From the human T2T-CHM13v2.0 reference genome, Homo sapiens, in NCBI RefSeq assembly GCF_009914755.1, contig NC_060925.1: a stretch of DNA of 64,000 nucleotides. The stretch is one strand, 5' to 3'. The translations under genes and the position numbers were made by a program. Shown in pieces: positions 58,136 through 64,000 of the stretch. Position 1 is the stretch's first letter. Every line of letters starts with the position of its first letter. The notes below the pieces were generated by a model. It worked only from the letters and a program-made list of their open reading frames with translations, was not told the DNA's origin and searched no databases.

Positions 58136-58490
58136 TGTATTAGGCCATTCTTCCCTTGCTATAAAGAAATATCGGAGACTGGATAATTTGTAAAGAAAAT
58201 GTCCAATTGGCTCACCATTCTGCAGGCTGTACAGGAAGCACAGCAGCATCTGCTTCCGGGAAGGCCTCAGGGAGCGTTTACTCATGGAGCAGGCACTTCC
58301 CATGGTGAAAGCAGGGGCAAGGGGCTGGGGGAGGTGCCACACACTTTTAAATGACCAGATCTCATGAGAAGTCATTATCACAAAGATAGCACCAAGCCAT
58401 GCAGGATCTGCCCCAGTGATCCAACCTCTAGCATTGAGGATTACAATTCAACATGAGATTTGGGTGGGGACAAATATCCAAACTATGTGA
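58136..58490. mobile_element. MST-type MaLR LTR
   Basis: TGTATTAGGCCATTC..GCTATAAAGAAATA...GATTTGGGTGGGGACAAATATCCAAACTAT. Confidence 0.8.
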
Positions 58491-58828
58491 CTCCTGTCAT
58501 CATCTGGCTGTGTAACTGTGGACGAGTTACAGTGGGGCTCAGTTTTCTCACATATAAAATGGAAGTTATAATACCTGCACTATTAAAAGTACAAATTCTA
58601 GAGCTCCTGAGCAACCGAATCAGAATCTTCATGGGAGGAGCCTGGGAAGTGTTTTGAGCATCAGGACACTTGGGAAACACCACCCCTCAGGGCCATGTTC
58701 TCCATGTTTAGGCCTCAAACTGTGTACATCAGAATCTCCAAGGAACTTCAAAAGAGGATTTCAAGGCCCACCCCAGACTTTCCTAGAACTCTGGAGATGG
58801 TGCCTGAGAATCTGTATTTAAGGTGACT

Positions 58829-59131
58829 CTTTTTTTTTTTTTTTTTTTTTTTAGACGGAGTCTTGCTCTGTCGCCCAGGCTGGAGTGCAGTGGTGTGGCG
58901 GGATCTTGGCTCACTGCAAGCTCTGCCTCCCGGGTTCCACTATTCTGCCTCAGCCTCCCAAGTAGCTGGGACCGCAGGCACCCGCCACCACCCCAGCTAA
59001 TTTTTTGTATTTTTAGTAGAGACGGGGTTTCACCATGTTAGCCAGGATAGTCTCGATCTCCTCACCTCGTGATCCACCCTCCTCAGCCTCCCAAAGTGCT
59101 GGATTACAGGCGTGAGCCACCATGCCCAGCC
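58829..59131 (-). mobile_element. Alu (AluY-like)
   Basis: Alu consensus with TSD TAAGGTGA(C/T)TCTTT. Confidence 0.9.
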
Positions 59132-60204
59132 TAAGGTGATTCTTTATACCTCCAACTTTAAGCACCACTATTACAGAATTTTGGTGAGGATTAAATGAGA
59201 ACAGATGTGAACACTTTGATAGCTCATATATGAGAGATGACCGAGCAATGGGAGATTTTTACTTTGGGAGGAATTTATCATAACCATTTCTGAAAGTTGA
59301 AGCATTGTGCATTAGTCAGAATCTTTGGAACTGCAAAGAAGAATGATACCTAACAGGCTTTAGGAAGAAAGGTTTACTGCAGGACTCCACATGGTAGCTG
59401 GTGAGTTGCCTTATTAGCTGTAGTCACTGTGGTCCCAGTGCTTCCAAGACTTGGAGAACTGAACTCGTGTTTTGAAATGGCAGAAAGAGGCCCATAACCA
59501 AAAGTCATCCACCTTCTTTCATTTCCATCAGGGAGTTTACTTCCTCAAAAAACAGGCTTTGAATGAGTCAAATTGCCACCATCTAATATTGAGCACTCTT
59601 TTGGGGGCAGAATTCTTATCAAGGCCTTTCCTTTGGCCTCCTGTGTCCCCCACCCATACAAGGTTAATTTCAGTATGTGGACTAATCCCCATTCCATCAT
59701 CTGTGGTAAGAGTAGCAGTTAGTTTTGCTCAAGATACATAACACCTTGGGGATCTGCTTTCTTCAGAAAAGTAAGCAGGAAATATATTAAAAAGAAAGCA
59801 TTTTGAGGCCTGTTTATCTAGTATAGATTTTCATGAAAAGAGAGAATAAACAAACCATGGTTCTGAAATTTGGTAATACACATCTCTTTGTGAAACCCAT
59901 GGATTCCCCACCCGAAGCACATGGGCAAGGCACACACAATTTTATGCACATTTCTTGGGGGCATGGACTTTATAAAGCCTATCCATGGACACCTAGGTTG
60001 AGAATCTGTGCTCTTCTGGGCCTTTAAAGGGCAGAAGTATACTACTGGGTGGAAGGGTCAGAGACACAGATTTCCTTTGCATGTACAGAAACATCTTCTG
60101 ACATTTCAATTGTCCAATAATGAATCTTTCCCATCTTGAGGTTGTGAACTCCCATCACAGGAAGCACTCAAGTAGGAGCTGGATGACGACTTTGCACAGA
60201 TGTC

Positions 60205-61205
<1,001 letters not shown>

Positions 61206-61442
61206 CTAGTACCACATGCAGCAGTGGGGCCAAGGGGTAGCTGGGGGCATGAGGTGGGCTTTAGCCATGCCACTCCAAACAGATGCATAATCTATGTTTT
61301 TTAAAAAATGTACTTGATACACAAATACAGCTTCAGGAGGAGTCTTCCAGCTCCCCCTACCTCCTCCTGCCTTCTGCCTTTCAACCACATGGCAGCTTCT
61401 TAGACTGTCCTATATGCGCATTCTAGAAGTGCTACTGATCTA

Positions 61443-61582
61443 ATTTTTTGTTTTGTTTGGTTTTTAGATACAGGGTCTCACTATGTTGCCCAGACCAGAC
61501 TCACTCAAACTCCTAGGCTCAAGTGATCGTCCCGCTTCAATCTCCTGAGTCTGGGACTATGTAGGCATGCTCTACTACACCA
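61443..61582 (-). mobile_element. FLAM or Alu monomer
   Basis: Partial Alu consensus. Confidence 0.75.
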
Positions 61583-63721
61583 GGTCTATATTTCATGAAG
61601 TTATCAAATAATTGGCCCGAGGCCTTCCTAGACATTGTTATTTGAATGGAGCACCATCAGTCTACTGTTTGGGCTGGAAAACCAGGGACTGCTGGTGAGA
61701 AGTTGCTGGTGAAGATTAGGAAGGGGGCAGGCGGGAGTGCAGTTGCACATGGAGTGGCTGTCCCAAACTTGGAGTCATCTCCCCATGATTGTTCTAACAC
61801 CTTTGAGGGTTGAAAGCATTTCCTTCCCTGCAGGTTTTCCTCATTTTCTTTGCCTGCTTCCACAGACAGCACACCCGCCCTTTCTCCCTCCCACCAAGGT
61901 CACACTCAGCAGGCTTTGATAAATGTCATCTTTTTTTGAAAGTCGCCTTGGAAAAAGGCAATTTGACTGCAGTGAGGCAGAACAGGGAGGTGAACGCCAG
62001 CCGCCCTTTATTGACCACAGCCCAACCCCAAGAACAAAATGAAGAGGAGTGCAGTGCTGCCCTGGGCCCCTGGTGATCCCAGGACCGCCTCTCCCAAGGG
62101 CTCTATGCACGGTAGAGAAGCCTACAGCACTGCATCTTGGGGTCTAGGTCTCCTCCTCCCTTTCTGTCCCTCTTCCCAGCCCTTTGTCTTCTGCGGGTAA
62201 CTAAAGATCCCTGAGAACCTCCATGGCTCTGGGGGCAGGAGCCCTCTCCACTGTGCAAGCAGTGGGCTGCTGATTAGCGCAGGGAATAAATAACAGCAAA
62301 CTAATTATCTCCCTGATTGCGGCTTGCCTCGCTAACACGGCTGGGCTGGGGTGGTGATGCGGCAGTTGAAACTATTCCAAGCATGCTTCTGGGTTCAGGG
62401 AAATTTCCATGTGTTTCCAGCCTGGAGACACTTTCCCTTCCCAGATGCTCTGGAGTTCTAAGTGGAGATGTTCCCACTCCTGCTTCACTTTGGAATTGAG
62501 AGACTCACCCCAGACAGAATGTTTGTGTCTGTCCCTAGTGGGTGACGGGAGCTGGCTTCTCAGAGAAGCAGGGGAAGGCTTTCAGGGAGGACAGGGGTTG
62601 GCCAAGGGCATGGAGAGATGAATCCTCAGGGACCACATACTCCAGCACTTAGCTTCCTAATTACATCTGCTACTCCAACTCCTTGAACTGAGTGCTTCCT
62701 ATCAGGCCTTCAAGCAAGAGTAGAAAATACAAAGAGCACTGGAGAGCACTGGTCCGGGACTTTAGTCCTACCGTGACTGCCTCTGTGACTTTGGACATAG
62801 TCCTTAATCACTCAGGCCCTTCATTCCCTCTTTATGAAATGAGAGAGTTAGGCATCATGACCTCGGAGCTTTGCCCAGCTCTAGAAAAAGCTCTAGAGTC
62901 AGCTTTGTGACTCTAGCTCTGAAACTGGACTGCAGTGTTCTCTTGGAGTCCCAGGCTTGGAAAGCGCCCGACACCTCTTGTGGCCACATCTTCAGGTTTT
63001 CCTTTCCCCCATATTATTGCATTGTTTCCCATCTTCCCTCGCACTTTACCTGACTTCTCTACTCTCTTGGTCTTGAAAACTTGTCGTGCCTGGAGGGAGA
63101 AGGGTGAAGGACATCCTCTTCAGGAAGATGTTAGTTTCCAGCAGCCTGGGACGTGCTAAATTGCTGAACAAGTAGTTATTAGCCTGTGAAAAGACAAGAT
63201 GTGGGGGTGTCTTTTCCCGGGAGTGGTAACTGTTGCTAGTCTACTGAGTATAGAGGAAGAATCTACTTGCCTCCTAGGCATTTTGGCCCATCCCCAGACT
63301 ATGGGCCCTGCCACCACCTGCACGTCAATTGCAGAGTCCACTTGTAGGAAATTGAAGGGCTGTCTTCGTTTGCTGGTGAGACTCATCTCTATAGGCTTGG
63401 TAAGCTGTCTTCTGCTGGAGGTCAGATGTTAGACAAACCAGGTATTTTCATCTGATAAAGATAAATCCATGAAAAAGCAAACCTAGGTCACAGGTCCCTT
63501 AGGAAAGGGAAAGGGAGAAAAGATAGGGCTAATGTTATACTTGGGCTAAAGAGGAAAATATTGCTTGTGGAAAGATAGGGTAACAGCCTCCCAAAGTACT
63601 AAGTTCATGCTACCTGGTCTGATCGGATGGGAAGAGATCTCATGTAAGAATCAGAAGGTCACATTCAACATTATGCTTTGTAACTTCTAAAGGGTAAACT
63701 TGGACAATTCATTTACTTTTT

Positions 63722-64000
63722 GCATTGGTTAGGGTGAGCTGACTTATGTGATGAATAACCCCCAGGTCTCTGACTTACCTCAATGGAAGTTAACGTCTCC
63801 CTCGCATAACAGTTTAATGCAGGTGTTCACTTGATGGCCTCCCACCGGATGATTCAGAGACCCAGAACGATCCACCTTGTGGCTCTGATCACTGTTACAG
63901 GTTTTGGAATCCTCTATTGGAGGATTCTGTATTCCCTGTTTCCAGTCAGCAGACGGGGTAGAGACAGGAAGCATGCAGGATTGTGTGGAAGGTTTTATGG
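63722..64000. mobile_element. Old MLT1-type LTR fragment
   Basis: Resembles MLT1 (AATAACCCCCAGGTCTCTGACTTA...). Confidence 0.5.

Overview
This is human genomic DNA that I recognise as the 1p13.3 gene cluster. It contains four complete, known protein-coding genes that can be rebuilt from GT-AG splice sites with consistent exon phases. These are SYPL2/MG29 (+, 6 coding exons, 272 aa), ATXN7L2 (+, 11 exons, 754 aa or 722 aa via an alternative acceptor), CYB561D1 (+, 3 exons, 229 aa) and AMIGO1 (-, one coding exon, 493 aa). Each has a CpG-island promoter. The flanks (1-7 kb, 51-64 kb) and SYPL2 intron 2 are dense in Alu, L1, MIR, MER and MaLR repeats, and a solo LTR12 (ERV9) is nested inside an Alu. 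I see no evidence of a wholly new gene system. The most interesting unexplained structures are: a fold-back template-switch signature between two inverted Alus (60.2-61.0 kb); a 47-bp copy of the ATXN7L2 exon-4 splice donor inside intron 1; a near-perfect 49-bp palindrome just past the SYPL2 poly(A) site; two minimal uORFs and a phased UGCAUG (RBFOX) triplet in the AMIGO1 UTRs; and the CCAAT-array LTR12. Repeat subfamily names and boundaries are by-eye estimates.
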